Source: a virus (Duplodnaviria > Heunggongvirae > Uroviricota > Caudoviricetes). From it: DNA of 49,646 nt. Every line of letters begins with the position of its first letter. The first letter of the stretch is position 1. Below the pieces are notes generated by a model that was given only the letters and a program-made list of their open reading frames with translations, had not been told where the DNA came from and searched no databases. A program made the position numbers and the translations under genes. The stretch lies in IMG/VR virus record IMGVR_UViG_2740892231_000005; one strand, given 5' to 3'. This document shows, one piece after another, positions 28,467 to 37,891 of this stretch.

Positions 28467-29051
28467 TGACACTTGCCAGAGAGCATCATGCAACTGGATA
28501 CCTCCGTTGCACTGGTTGCCCCAGCCATGCCAGCCATCAGGTAAATCACCGCGAGCAAACAGCTCAATACGAGGAACATCACCTAACAGTCTTACCAGCT
28601 TGTCACGAACCACATCAGGCTTCCGTGAATGTTCCAGACGAGGCGATGTAAACGACTGAATGATCCCCGCATCAAGGCGAGTCGGCAGTTTGCCTTTTAC
28701 CGCAAACAAGCAATCTTCACTGTTCGCACGAGTCATATGCCCCATCCCCATCACCAGCTTATCTGGCTGTCGGCTACCACATTTGTTCCATGTGAAGCCC
28801 TTCATGGTCATCAGCCTGAATCCCCATGCTTTCACCACCAGCAACGCTTCTTCTGGCTGAGTCGGAACCCACCACATGGCCAACAAACACGATTCAGGAT
28901 TAGCAAGCTGCCAGACAGGAATACGAGCAATCTCCTCAGCTTTCATCGTTGGATACTTAAAACCAGCTCCACGATTCCCATCCTTACACTTGTCTTTGTA
29001 TTCCCAGGGGGGATCTGCATAAATCAGATTAAACAATGCAATTGCCTCCAT
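28464..29051 (-). CDS. N6-adenine DNA methyltransferase, MT-A70 family
   Basis: 195 aa; DPPW motif in the N-terminus (LIYADPPWEY). Confidence 0.8.
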   Translation of the reverse strand: MEAIALFNLIYADPPWEYKDKCKDGNRGAGFKYPTMKAEEIARIPVWQLANPESCLLAMWWVPTQPEEALLVVKAWGFRLMTMKGFTWNKCGSRQPDKLVMGMGHMTRANSEDCLFAVKGKLPTRLDAGIIQSFTSPRLEHSRKPDVVRDKLVRLLGDVPRIELFARGDLPDGWHGWGNQCNGGIQLHDALWQVS

Positions 29052-29349
29052 GTTAGTTGTGCCTCCGGCGCTTATCTCCGGCAGTCATAACGCTGGCCAG
29101 CTCTACAGCAAACACAACGAAAAGGGCACTAACCAGACTGATTAATGCCCTTGCCTGTTGTGTGCCTGATATCGCCCGACAACGCTGTTTTGGTAACACG
29201 GCTACAGTTCCGCGCCGCTCCAGCTTTTACCCCTTTGCGGATAACAGGCCCTGCCTGTAACTTAGCCCCACGTTCGCCCGAAATGCGCACCAGGCACGCA
29301 TAAAGATGAGCACGAAGGAAGTAACTCCACCGCGCTTATCTTTATGTGT

Positions 29350-29425
29350 GAGAGTGAATTGGTGGCCCCTACCGGATTTGAACCGATGACCGTGCGATTA
29401 TGAGTCGCCTGCTCTAACCACTGAG
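29350..29425 (-). tRNA. tRNA with CAU anticodon (Ile2/ileX-like, or Met)
   Basis: 76 nt; cloverleaf folds by hand (acceptor GGCCCCT/AGGGGCC, D-stem GCTC/GAGC, T-stem ATCGG/CCGGT, CCA end); one mismatch at the top of the anticodon stem. Confidence 0.8.
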
Positions 29426-29604
29426 CTAAGGGGCCATATTTGATCTGTTTGTCTGGTGTGGCGCCGCGCACGAAAATCCCAGCCAATAAATTCAGGATTT
29501 TTGGGCGCGGCGGCATATCAGACAAACATGGTTGATGCATGCGCTAATGAGAAAAGCGCATAGAATGTTGTAACTATATATTTATATAATTATAGAAATA
29601 TATA

Positions 29605-29814
29605 TTACTTTGGACAGTTGATTTCCCATGCCCTGTTATGAGCCAGAATATCTTTCTTTGTCTGGCGGTCCATAACATCGATATCGTGATCAGTCAGGTA
29701 GATGGGCTTTACCCAATCACAGGCGGTATCAACCACCACCGGGACGCTTCCACGACTCCCGCAGCTCGCGATCAACATCGTCATCAGCCATATGGTTAAC
29801 ACTCTGCTGTACAT
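29605..29814 (-). CDS. o-spanin (Rz1-like outer-membrane lipoprotein)
   Basis: 69 aa; signal peptide with lipobox-like LIASC; overlaps the 3' end of the i-spanin gene in another frame. Confidence 0.65.
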   Translation of the reverse strand: MYSRVLTIWLMTMLIASCGSRGSVPVVVDTACDWVKPIYLTDHDIDVMDRQTKKDILAHNRAWEINCPK

Positions 29815-30007
29815 TGCCCACCTCTTTTGTCACTTCTATACGCCGCTCCGCAGTGGCTTTTACGGCGGCTGCATTCTCATTAATGCGCTGCTTTTCAGCT
29901 TCATCTTCGGCCTTTTCTCGCCCCTTCATACGACCAAAACCAAACGCGCCGAATGCAACCAATATAATTGTGCCAATAAATGACAAAACGGCCTTCAAAC
30001 CAGTCAT
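29729..30007 (-). CDS. i-spanin (Rz-like)
   Basis: 92 aa; N-terminal transmembrane segment then charged coiled-coil; follows the endolysin gene. Confidence 0.65.
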   Translation of the reverse strand: MTGLKAVLSFIGTIILVAFGAFGFGRMKGREKAEDEAEKQRINENAAAVKATAERRIEVTKEVGNVQQSVNHMADDDVDRELRESWKRPGGG

Positions 30008-30546
30008 ACCACCACTCGCTCTTTCATCCAGCCGTAGACAAACGACTCATTCGCCTCGCGCTTCTCCGCCAACTCCAGATAGCGTTCGCCCTGCGTACAG
30101 TTCAGCGACGTCAGCATCACCCGTTCGCCGTCTTTTCCCCGATTCCCAAGATAAGCACGCAGCGCATTAATGGTACGTGGACCGATTCGTCCATCTGCAT
30201 CCAAATCGGGATACAGCTTCCCACGCAGATTGAACACATTCAGCCAGCGTTGAAGCATTTTGGACGCCACTGTTGGCCCCATATTCACACCGGTATCACA
30301 CAGCTCTGCCGCAATATCAGAGGATAATGCGGCCACCTGATCAAAGCGTGGTCCGTACCAGTAATCAGCCTCAAGGATTTCTAGTGCCTGTTCGCGGGTT
30401 AAATCGCGCATATCGCCACGGTATCCATGAGCACGGGCAGTGTTCTGAGTAATGCCCCACTTTGTTGGGCCTCCCTTGTCGTCAGGGTGATCCACATAGC
30501 CGCCCTCTTTTCCAAGAATGCTGTTAAAAATCTCATCTTTGGTCAT
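30004..30546 (-). CDS. Endolysin, GH108 muramidase with peptidoglycan-binding domain
   Basis: 180 aa; EGGYVDHPDDKGGPTKWGIT matches the GH108 signature (recalled). Confidence 0.8.
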   Translation of the reverse strand: MTKDEIFNSILGKEGGYVDHPDDKGGPTKWGITQNTARAHGYRGDMRDLTREQALEILEADYWYGPRFDQVAALSSDIAAELCDTGVNMGPTVASKMLQRWLNVFNLRGKLYPDLDADGRIGPRTINALRAYLGNRGKDGERVMLTSLNCTQGERYLELAEKREANESFVYGWMKERVVV

Positions 30547-30865
30547 GATTAAATCCTAATGCGTCAACTATCCGCGCCAGATTGCCCCTGAAATACAGAA
30601 CAACGATGCAGATAATCAGATTTCCAATAACCACCAGCCAGTGGGATTCTTGATAAAGACCGAACACATAACGGAAGGGAACATTGGCGTATACAATGAC
30701 GTAGATATAAGCCAGAAAGGAAACAAATGGACGATGCCTGGAGTCTTTCCGTCGATAAAGCATCAGCGCCATTACTATTACTGTGCAAAGCACCGCATTA
30801 ATCAGTGCTGACGGGTCACTGCTTACCATTTGAACCCCCTCCACGTAAGCGGGAAAGCATTCCAA
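30533..30865 (-). CDS. Membrane protein, putative holin or antiholin
   Basis: 110 aa with about three hydrophobic segments between the holin and endolysin genes. Confidence 0.45.
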   Translation of the reverse strand: MECFPAYVEGVQMVSSDPSALINAVLCTVIVMALMLYRRKDSRHRPFVSFLAYIYVIVYANVPFRYVFGLYQESHWLVVIGNLIICIVVLYFRGNLARIVDALGFNHDQR

Positions 30866-31211
30866 AGATGCTACCGAGATCCTGGCTGTTTACGAACGTG
30901 AGGATTTTAATTGTCAATGCAGCCACAATAACCGCACCAAGCGCATCAAGAGGTCGATCGTTGTAGCTGGTCCATTTGGCAAGAAATGAGCCAACTAACG
31001 GCGCTCCAATCACTCCAACAATGAACGATGTAAAGAAATAGCCAATCAGCTTGAGACGGCTAATATTCACCGCTGTAGCAACATAGAAAACAGCGCCAGC
31101 AAATGCCCCGAATACAACGCCGTAATCAATACCAGTTGCAATACCAAAAACGCTGGCACCCATCAGGCCACCAGCAGCAACGGCCGTACCGGAAATTGGT
31201 TCTGCTGACAT
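30816..31211 (-). CDS. Putative holin
   Basis: 131 aa; multiple Gly/Ala-rich transmembrane segments; first gene of the lysis cassette. Confidence 0.55.
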   Translation of the reverse strand: MSAEPISGTAVAAGGLMGASVFGIATGIDYGVVFGAFAGAVFYVATAVNISRLKLIGYFFTSFIVGVIGAPLVGSFLAKWTSYNDRPLDALGAVIVAALTIKILTFVNSQDLGSIFGMLSRLRGGGSNGKQ

Positions 31212-31223
31212 TGAAATCCTCGT

Positions 31224-31255
31224 TAAAAAAAAAGCCCCGCCGAAAAAGGCAGGGC
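31224..31255 (-). terminator. Intrinsic terminator-like hairpin with U-run, 13 nt upstream of the holin start
   Basis: Minus strand: GCCCTGCC-UUUUUC-GGCGGGGC followed by nine U. Confidence 0.55.
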
Positions 31256-31763
31256 TTCATAAAGCAACAAATTACGCGGTAATCGCTTAACGCAGTTTTA
31301 CTACGTTAAATGAAACACTACACCCAGTTACCACCTAAAACAAGGTTTTTCCATAAAAAAAACCTTCATATCGTGGTTAATCGATCAATAAAAAAGCAAT
31401 GTTCAACTTTTTACCAACCGAACATCCCGACCTGGACTTCCATAATATTCGCCGATATGCCACTGCTTAAGTTGAGTAATCTTCTCCAACTTAACTCCCA
31501 TAGAGTCCAGTTTCTGCCATGTTTTCGGTTGTATGTGCTTCATTACCCGCTCTGAATATCTGAATACTGCTCGTAAGCGCATGGTTTCTCACTACAGCTT
31601 ATATAAGTGGTTTTTCCAGCGGTTTTGCGCCGCGCTGCGCTTCTCTTTTACTCCCTCTCTGGCAATTCCAGAAAATGAGAACAACACCACACGGCGATTG
31701 CTAACTCTCAACCACTGGCTGGGATAGCAAAGTCTGTATACACGGGAGATAAGCATCTTAGCT

Positions 31764-32372
31764 TTACGGTTTTTCATCGTTTTGCTCTCCTGCGTCTCCT
31801 TTGGTGCGAATTCCAGCGGCGCGCTCGGCTTCACTTTGTTCCCAAAACCACTTGTGAAGCTCCATGAGCTTTTCGTCAATCGGTGCATATTTGCGATTAA
31901 AGTAGGCCTGAGCATCTTTCTCAGATTCGTCCGGCAATTCGCCTGGACCAAACAGTGTGTTATAAATCCATGCCAGTCCGCTTTTAGCGTCGCCAGTCGA
32001 TTGCCATTCGATAATGGCAGCCTGCATGACCAGAATGTTTTTCCCGATTAATAGGTCCAGTTCTTTGTACCTGTTGCGGATGTATGCATTCTCGCTTTGT
32101 AATTTTGCGTTGCGCTTCTCTGCGGCTTCCAGCTCAACACGCAGCTTCCCTACCGTTAGCGCAATTTCCTCGTTCTCCTGGTCACGGCGTTTTATGTATT
32201 GCTGGTTTCTTTCCCGTTCATCCAGAAGCCCCAGCACAATGTGTGGCGTTATCAAGGACTCAAATTCGGCAACAGCTTGCTCGCCTCGCTTGTAATTCTT
32301 AATCCCACCTAAATCTTTCGCGTTCTGTGCCGCCTCACGCAGTGCCTGATAGTTAATTGCTGTGCTGTTAGT
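31764..32372 (-). CDS. Coiled-coil phage protein (Ea22-like?)
   Basis: About 200 aa from MTNSTAINYQ; heptad-rich central region. Confidence 0.35.
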   Translation of the reverse strand, partial: TNSTAINYQALREAAQNAKDLGGIKNYKRGEQAVAEFESLITPHIVLGLLDERERNQQYIKRRDQENEEIALTVGKLRVELEAAEKRNAKLQSENAYIRNRYKELDLLIGKNILVMQAAIIEWQSTGDAKSGLAWIYNTLFGPGELPDESEKDAQAYFNRKYAPIDEKLMELHKWFWEQSEAERAAGIRTKGDAGEQNDEKP

Positions 32373-32712
32373 CATTCCAGGCCTCCAGCTCGTTCTGAAT
32401 CTCCTCGTCAACCTCGTCATTGGTGGCGTCTTCGTTCAGATGGTCGCGCGCCTCTTTGAGATACTGTTCACGGCGTTCGTGGTACCAGGCAGAGAACTCC
32501 GGCGACCATCCTCGATTAGCCCCCTGAAAATCTACCATCGCATTATCCTCAGCCATACGCTCGACCATGCAATCCGCGGTGGTCAGTGCAACCTCACGGA
32601 TGTACCCCCGCAGGTCACGCTTACGCCAATACGGGCTATATTTTGAGTCGCAGCGACCTTTAAATTCGACGGTCCAGCGACGGATGCAGCGTGCGTTAAG
32701 TGATTTGCTCAT
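32368..32712 (-). CDS. Hypothetical protein
   Basis: 114-aa ORF. Confidence 0.4.
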   Translation of the reverse strand: MSKSLNARCIRRWTVEFKGRCDSKYSPYWRKRDLRGYIREVALTTADCMVERMAEDNAMVDFQGANRGWSPEFSAWYHERREQYLKEARDHLNEDATNDEVDEEIQNELEAWND

Positions 32713-32714
32713 AG

Positions 32715-33398
32715 TTATGCTTCCTGAATACGCTTAAACTCAATTACCCATACCCACGGGTTAGATAGCCAGTTCTCTTGCCCGTAAATACCGCGCCAGA
32801 TATCACCAAAGCCAACGCGATAAACAGCTTCAGGTGGCGTAATCTTGTACGTCGCCGGAGTTGCGCCTTCTGCTTTAGCATCTGCCTCGCTCATGTCATG
32901 CAGCCGCTCCACACGCACGTCGGTAATTTCCAGCAAAATACGCGAAGCCCAGCGCGGCATGTGAATTGATGGACACCACCCGCCATCAAACTTTTCATTC
33001 ACAGTGTGAGGCTTCCAGTCGGCATCATCGGGTATCGACCATAAGCCATAATCCCCCGGTTTTTGCTCACAACTGGCCCGATAAATCCTTGCTGCGTTCT
33101 TCTCATCGCCACGACAAAGGTTGTCGTTCCAGTCCACACTGCAACCATCCTCATTGCCTAATATCGCCCACGCTTCACGGACCCATATGCGATCACCAAC
33201 GTTACCGAACGGGCATAAACCATGTTCAGGTGCATCCATAACGTGGGTATAGACACCATTGCGTTTCTTTGTCGGTTTACGGATAACCAGGCAGTTATCG
33301 GCCCTGACATTTTTTACAGGTCGGCGAGTCTGCGTCTTCCTTCCTTCGAGGATGGCCCTAACCATATCGTCATTAAAAACAACACCACGTTCTTTCAT
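32715..33398 (-). CDS. Hypothetical phage protein (ASCH/PUA-like?)
   Basis: 227 aa; N-terminus MVRAILEGRKTQTRRP typical of a prophage protein family (recalled). Confidence 0.45.
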   Translation of the reverse strand: MKERGVVFNDDMVRAILEGRKTQTRRPVKNVRADNCLVIRKPTKKRNGVYTHVMDAPEHGLCPFGNVGDRIWVREAWAILGNEDGCSVDWNDNLCRGDEKNAARIYRASCEQKPGDYGLWSIPDDADWKPHTVNEKFDGGWCPSIHMPRWASRILLEITDVRVERLHDMSEADAKAEGATPATYKITPPEAVYRVGFGDIWRGIYGQENWLSNPWVWVIEFKRIQEA

Positions 33399-33553
33399 TT
33401 AGAAGCCACCTTGTTCAATTTCCGGCGACAAGACACGCAATCATCAGGACTCTCAAAAGTGTCTGGCTCACGGTAATCACCAAAATACATCCAACGGCCG
33501 CAAATGCTGGTCACTTCACCTTCATTAAAATAATGATGTTTATTCGCCTTCAT
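33395..33553 (-). CDS. Small Cys-containing protein (zinc-ribbon-like?)
   Basis: About 52 aa from MKANKHHY; CGRW...CVSC. Confidence 0.3.
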   Translation of the reverse strand: MKANKHHYFNEGEVTSICGRWMYFGDYREPDTFESPDDCVSCRRKLNKVASK

Positions 33554-33582
33554 TGGCCTGACCCATCCGGCATTTTTCTTGC

Positions 33583-33948
33583 TCACTTCAACTCCTCCCG
33601 ACGACGTTCCTGAAGCTCTAGCATTGCGGCTCGGAAATCCTGCCACCATTCTTCATCGGCTACTGGGGTGTTCCGCTCCAGCACCTTGTCCGCATCGGCG
33701 ATCAGGTTTGCCAGACTCTTGTCTGAAATCTTCGTTACCGGAGTCGTTGGTTGCTCAACCTGCCCGATAGGTTTTATCGTGCTCAAAAGGAGGCGACGGC
33801 GGGAAAGTGGTGCCCCACAACGACGGCCATCTTCCTTGCGATATGTTTCTTTCGGACCAACACACCAGGTTGTCGGCGTCTCGCGCAACTTCACTTTTTT
33901 CTCACCATCATTGGTAATGATTATTCCGGTATGTGTTTTGATGCTCAT
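33583..33948 (-). CDS. Hypothetical protein
   Basis: 121-aa ORF. Confidence 0.4.
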   Translation of the reverse strand: MSIKTHTGIIITNDGEKKVKLRETPTTWCVGPKETYRKEDGRRCGAPLSRRRLLLSTIKPIGQVEQPTTPVTKISDKSLANLIADADKVLERNTPVADEEWWQDFRAAMLELQERRREELK

Positions 33949-34247
33949 GCCACAGCCCCTCTCAACGGCTTAACTTTGGCTAATAAGGTGTTAAACAACA
34001 TGGAGTTAGGATTCATGCCAAATGGCAATTCCGGTTTAGCGGAGTAGTACAGGCAACCATTTATTTTCCTGGTTGTTATCTGTCCTTCGGCAACCATGCT
34101 TCTCAGTCTGCAACGCATAGAGTTCTGCGACACACCAATGTGCTCCGCGATTACGTCCACTTTTGAACATGGGTGATCGGTCAGGAAATTAATCACATCT
34201 TGGGGGTTAATAATTTTGCGTTTCATTGTCGAGGCATCCTTATACAT
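33945..34247 (-). CDS. Putative winged-helix DNA-binding protein
   Basis: 100 aa; HTH-like segment VDVIAEHIGVSQNSMRCRLRSMVAEGQI. Confidence 0.45.
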   Translation of the reverse strand: MYKDASTMKRKIINPQDVINFLTDHPCSKVDVIAEHIGVSQNSMRCRLRSMVAEGQITTRKINGCLYYSAKPELPFGMNPNSMLFNTLLAKVKPLRGAVA

Positions 34248-34273
34248 TTATATAAATATATAATTCTATATAC

Positions 34274-34292
34274 GGCGGGAGACGTCCCGCCG
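34274..34292 (-). terminator. GC-rich palindromic hairpin downstream of the 34304..35371 gene
   Basis: cggcggga-gacg-tcccgccg; weak U-tract. Confidence 0.35.
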
Positions 34293-34303
34293 TAGGCTTA
34301 CTG

Positions 34304-35371
34304 TCAGGCTTTCAATAGCGATTCTTTTAGATATCGGGCATCAGCCAGGGCGTTTGGAGTAATCTTGCGAACCCATGCATTACGGGTTGGACTCCACTTA
34401 AAGGCGCGTGATTTAAGCAGCGAACGAATGTTTGCCTCTGGTTTGCCAGGGAAATAAAACAGGATGCGGTTATCCTCTGGATCTATCTCCATAGAAAAGC
34501 CGTCGTATTCTTCGCGCTGTGCTCCTGTTACAGACTTGACCGATTCAAGCTCCTTAATACGGCTCTGTAGTCGTTTGATTTCGGCGTTATTGTTGCTCAG
34601 TGCGTATGAAGGGAATCCGATGCGCCCACAGAAATCTCCGGCCAGTAACTCTTTGGCTTCGCTTTCTGTAAACCTGAGATCGATTAATGCAGAAAGCTGC
34701 TGTAATTGGTCTTTTTTGTATTTGCGAATGGCCTTATTTGCGGCCTTCATTTTGACGTGTGACTTCATGCAGCCTTGCAGCTTACGAAGCAACTTAAATA
34801 GCGCATCAGGATCATCAGACGAAATTCCATTACGACCAACACCTGCGGCTTTGCTCTCGTAGTGTGATGCTTTACTTTCGCATTCAACAAACGCTTTTCT
34901 TAATAACGCATCAGCTTTAGACAAACGGCGGCGATGGCCTTTCGCGCTATAATGGTCAACTAAAATCGGCTGGCCTAACGGGATCACATCCAACAGGTCA
35001 TGCGCTCGCTTATGCGCTACCGCACCTTCTTTTCTGGCTTTTTCTGCACGAGCAATATATCGGGCAAGACGCGCGTTCTGGCGTTCCTGATAGGTGTTTA
35101 CGTAATCATCTCCGCGCTGCTGCTGTTCAAGCCATGCTTTGCGCAGATCTTCTGTTACGTCCACCAGCTCCGCAGGGATACAACCAGTTTGGGCTTCATA
35201 AGAGTAACCATCCTCATAGATACGCCCATCATCTTCAACAAAGAAAAAGGTTTCGTGCTCATCGCTTTTGACCATACGACCATTAACATGGCGTAATAGG
35301 TAGCCAGTATCAGTGCTTAACAGGCTGTTAGGGTTGTTGATCCAGTCAGAAATAATTACTTGTTTATTCAT
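34304..35371 (-). CDS. DUF3560-like protein (tentative), first gene downstream of promoter cassette copy 2
   Basis: 355 aa from MNKQVIISDW (start chosen by conserved leader and RBS); C-terminal FYFPGKP...FKWSPTRNAW motif. Confidence 0.5.
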   Translation of the reverse strand: MNKQVIISDWINNPNSLLSTDTGYLLRHVNGRMVKSDEHETFFFVEDDGRIYEDGYSYEAQTGCIPAELVDVTEDLRKAWLEQQQRGDDYVNTYQERQNARLARYIARAEKARKEGAVAHKRAHDLLDVIPLGQPILVDHYSAKGHRRRLSKADALLRKAFVECESKASHYESKAAGVGRNGISSDDPDALFKLLRKLQGCMKSHVKMKAANKAIRKYKKDQLQQLSALIDLRFTESEAKELLAGDFCGRIGFPSYALSNNNAEIKRLQSRIKELESVKSVTGAQREEYDGFSMEIDPEDNRILFYFPGKPEANIRSLLKSRAFKWSPTRNAWVRKITPNALADARYLKESLLKA

Positions 35372-35490
35372 CAGATTTCTCCGGTTTAACCAGGGCGGGT
35401 ATCGCTCGGTTTCGGGCATAACCTTAGGAAATTTTTTCCCACCTGTAAAGCACTTTTTATATAAATCTATAATTATATATTTATAGATTT
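35372..35490 (-). promoter_or_regulatory. Repeated promoter/operator/leader cassette, copy 2
   Basis: Near-identical to copies 1 and 3; contains TATAATTATA (35468..35477). Confidence 0.6.
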
Positions 35491-35540
35491 TCGATGTTCC
35501 CGATATCTACACACCATCAAAACAGCTCAAAATGACACTT

Positions 35541-35918
35541 TTACTCTCTTCGCTTTTTCAAATAGTCGACAACATACGCCCTAGCTTTTGCCAGCTTCCG
35601 GCGATACTGTCTGAGACTAAGAGAAAGGGCGTGGGCTTTATCAATATGCGGTGCATTTATGTCGAGGCCCCGAATCTCCCACGCCCCGTATTCAATTCGG
35701 ACAACCAGCGCCGCAGTCTCATCAACTACCGTGAGGGCCGTCACCGCTCCCTCGATACTGGTTTCCAGTGAGTCATTTGGTGCGCCGCCCCCTCCGGTAA
35801 ACTGGCAGCGCGTAACCATCATCATTTCTAACATCGACGCGAAACCGCTACGGGCGTTGCAGCCATTGCGCACCCACAGCGCCCATAGCTCAAACAAGCT
35901 ATCCAGATCGCGTCTCAC
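35541..35918 (-). CDS. Q-like late-gene antiterminator (tentative)
   Basis: 125 aa; N-terminus LFELWALWVRNG resembles the antitermination-Q family pattern (LERWGAW...), recalled. Confidence 0.45.
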   Translation of the reverse strand: MRRDLDSLFELWALWVRNGCNARSGFASMLEMMMVTRCQFTGGGGAPNDSLETSIEGAVTALTVVDETAALVVRIEYGAWEIRGLDINAPHIDKAHALSLSLRQYRRKLAKARAYVVDYLKKRRE

Positions 35919-35921
35919 TGT

Positions 35922-36254
35922 TCAGATCTCCCGTATCGTGACGGGATAAAGCGCCTCTACCTGCTTTTTCTTCATGATGTAGACGTCTGTTCGCACACCT
36001 TTAGTGTCGACACAATCAATCGTCCCATCGTCATAAAACACCATGAAATCAAGTTTATAAACGACACCACCTGGCAGATGAAAAGGCACCTGCATAAGAA
36101 ACGTCACAACGCGGCCAGCTTTTCTCAGTAGCTTCAGTTCGCAGTAGTAATCAGCCTCTTTTTTGCTATCAAAAGAGATATCATCGACAACAGTTTTTTT
36201 ATTGCCGTATTTGCTTTTCCTGGTCGCTGGTTTGCGAAAGCCGGTATATCTCAT
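35922..36254 (-). CDS. DUF1064-like phage protein
   Basis: 110 aa; SKYGNKKTVVDDISFDSKKEADYYCELK matches the DUF1064 N-terminal pattern (recalled). Confidence 0.55.
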   Translation of the reverse strand: MRYTGFRKPATRKSKYGNKKTVVDDISFDSKKEADYYCELKLLRKAGRVVTFLMQVPFHLPGGVVYKLDFMVFYDDGTIDCVDTKGVRTDVYIMKKKQVEALYPVTIREI

Positions 36255-36655
36255 TTGGTATCCCCTGGTACTTCACCAAGACTAAGATCAAACCCAATTT
36301 CGTCTTTAACTGACTGCGGCAACAGCTCCCACGTCTGCGCACACAAAAATTCATCGGTGCCATAACGCTCAACAAAGCGAGCACAATTACTCAGGGGAGG
36401 GTGACGAACGGCAATATGCGGAGGCACGCGCCCACCACCAGGCACAACACCGCGATGATGTGGTGCGCACAACCCAAAGCTATGGAAGTGGCAATTCTCA
36501 TCAACGCTGCCGTAATCAGGATCGTGATGTAGCTCCGTCCACAGCTCTGGATTATCAATTTCACGGCCATCAATAATGCAAGCTATGCAACCCACGTGAG
36601 TGAGCACCGCTTGTATATAAAGTTTCTCTTTCTTCGTTGGTGTACGTCCGTTCAT
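36251..36655 (-). CDS. Cys/His-rich protein, possible HNH-like nuclease
   Basis: 134 aa; CIACII...HHDPDYG...CHFHSFGLCAPHH. Confidence 0.35.
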   Translation of the reverse strand: MNGRTPTKKEKLYIQAVLTHVGCIACIIDGREIDNPELWTELHHDPDYGSVDENCHFHSFGLCAPHHRGVVPGGGRVPPHIAVRHPPLSNCARFVERYGTDEFLCAQTWELLPQSVKDEIGFDLSLGEVPGDTK

Positions 36656-36888
36656 CAGCGCCCCTTACCATTGATAAAGAGGTTGAACTCGTTGATTAAC
36701 TGGACATACATGCTTCTGGCCGCGTAGTTCTTTGCCAGCTCTTTACGGGATGAGATCCCGCAAAACTCACGCAGAATCACAGAGGCCTCAGAACTGTTTG
36801 AAACGTTCTTCCCTGTTTTACTGGTCAGAAAGCGCCAGAATTGGGGATTCTGGCAATGCATCGCAGCACCGCGAACATAACCACTCAT
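36655..36888 (-). CDS. Hypothetical protein
   Basis: 77-aa ORF. Confidence 0.35.
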   Translation of the reverse strand: MSGYVRGAAMHCQNPQFWRFLTSKTGKNVSNSSEASVILREFCGISSRKELAKNYAARSMYVQLINEFNLFINGKGR

Positions 36889-37400
36889 TGATGGCCCCCG
36901 TCATTTCTGGTGCTTTTCACCGTGCGGCTGCTTAAAAACCTGCCATCACGAGAAACAGACACATCTCGTTTACCCAACCTCATTTCACGGCGGTAACATT
37001 CAGAAAATGCCTCGTCCGGCAGCATATAAATGCGACGCTTCGCCTCCGTATCCAGAAGAGAACGGCTTGGGGTTACATATAAAAACGACTCATCAATAGG
37101 GACAAAACCACGAGCAAGAATTGCTGGAAGAATGCCTGGAAGAACGCAGAAAACAGCTCCACGATGCAGCAACATCTGGTACTCCATGACCTCCGTTATC
37201 CCCGTGACGACTGTTACGGTGTCACGTCTGTTACGGCTGGCAACCAGCCGCTGCACACGTCCAATTTTCTGCTCTACAGATAGACGTTTACTATCGTTAT
37301 CAATATGATCGATAACAAATCCTTTAATCGTTTGATCAAGGTAGTGCACCACCTGCGATTGAATCTGGTGATTATCACCAAAGAAGGCCAGAATCATCAT
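36885..37400 (-). CDS. Hypothetical protein (nin-region-like)
   Basis: 171-aa ORF. Confidence 0.4.
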   Translation of the reverse strand: MMILAFFGDNHQIQSQVVHYLDQTIKGFVIDHIDNDSKRLSVEQKIGRVQRLVASRNRRDTVTVVTGITEVMEYQMLLHRGAVFCVLPGILPAILARGFVPIDESFLYVTPSRSLLDTEAKRRIYMLPDEAFSECYRREMRLGKRDVSVSRDGRFLSSRTVKSTRNDGGHQ

Positions 37401-37891
37401 TCCTCAAGCCTCCCAAGTGCTGAACGCCGGGCGTTGCTAATCTCCTTATGAATCAGCTCGATATCGCTGGAATCTTTATTCTTAAACTCCAGCACGGCAA
37501 TCGCATCACGAACCTCTGAAACGGTTACGTGTGAGTGTTTCCAGCGAGCAATGAATCGCGGACCGCGTAGATTGCAACGCTCCGCAGGCATCCCCAGCTC
37601 AGAGAAAACCGCTTTCAGCCTTGATAAGCAGTTAACAGGGAGATTCCCTTTGATCTTGTTCTGCCGAACCGATGTGCCATCGCTACGCTGGCGCTGACGT
37701 TCGGCAAAATCTGCCGCCCATTGCTGGACGTTAATCCGGCCTTCTGAATACGCCACCAGCAGCGTCAGGTTATCCGCACGAGGGAATCTCTCGAAGCGAT
37801 ACCAGGCACCAATCAGTGATGACGTAAAGCCAAACTTTCTGGCAACACCAATTTGGCCTCCATTTTCGTCAACCCACTCCTGAAAGGTCAT
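37397..37891 (-). CDS. Cro/YdaS-like HTH protein, divergent from the repressor gene
   Basis: 164 aa; N-terminal DENGGQIGVARKFGFTSSLIGAWY resembles Cro/YdaS-type HTH; start abuts the operator cluster. Confidence 0.5.
   Translation of the reverse strand: MTFQEWVDENGGQIGVARKFGFTSSLIGAWYRFERFPRADNLTLLVAYSEGRINVQQWAADFAERQRQRSDGTSVRQNKIKGNLPVNCLSRLKAVFSELGMPAERCNLRGPRFIARWKHSHVTVSEVRDAIAVLEFKNKDSSDIELIHKEISNARRSALGRLEE

Noticed and set aside
29262-29540. 92-aa ORF on the minus strand
   Set aside because: Completely overlaps the tRNA gene at 29350..29425; spurious.
31592-31951. 119-aa minus-strand ORF upstream of the lysis cassette
   Set aside because: Overlaps the better-supported 31764..32372 gene in another frame; basic, low-complexity translation. 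A 46-aa ORF at about 31408..31548 was also seen but has no support.
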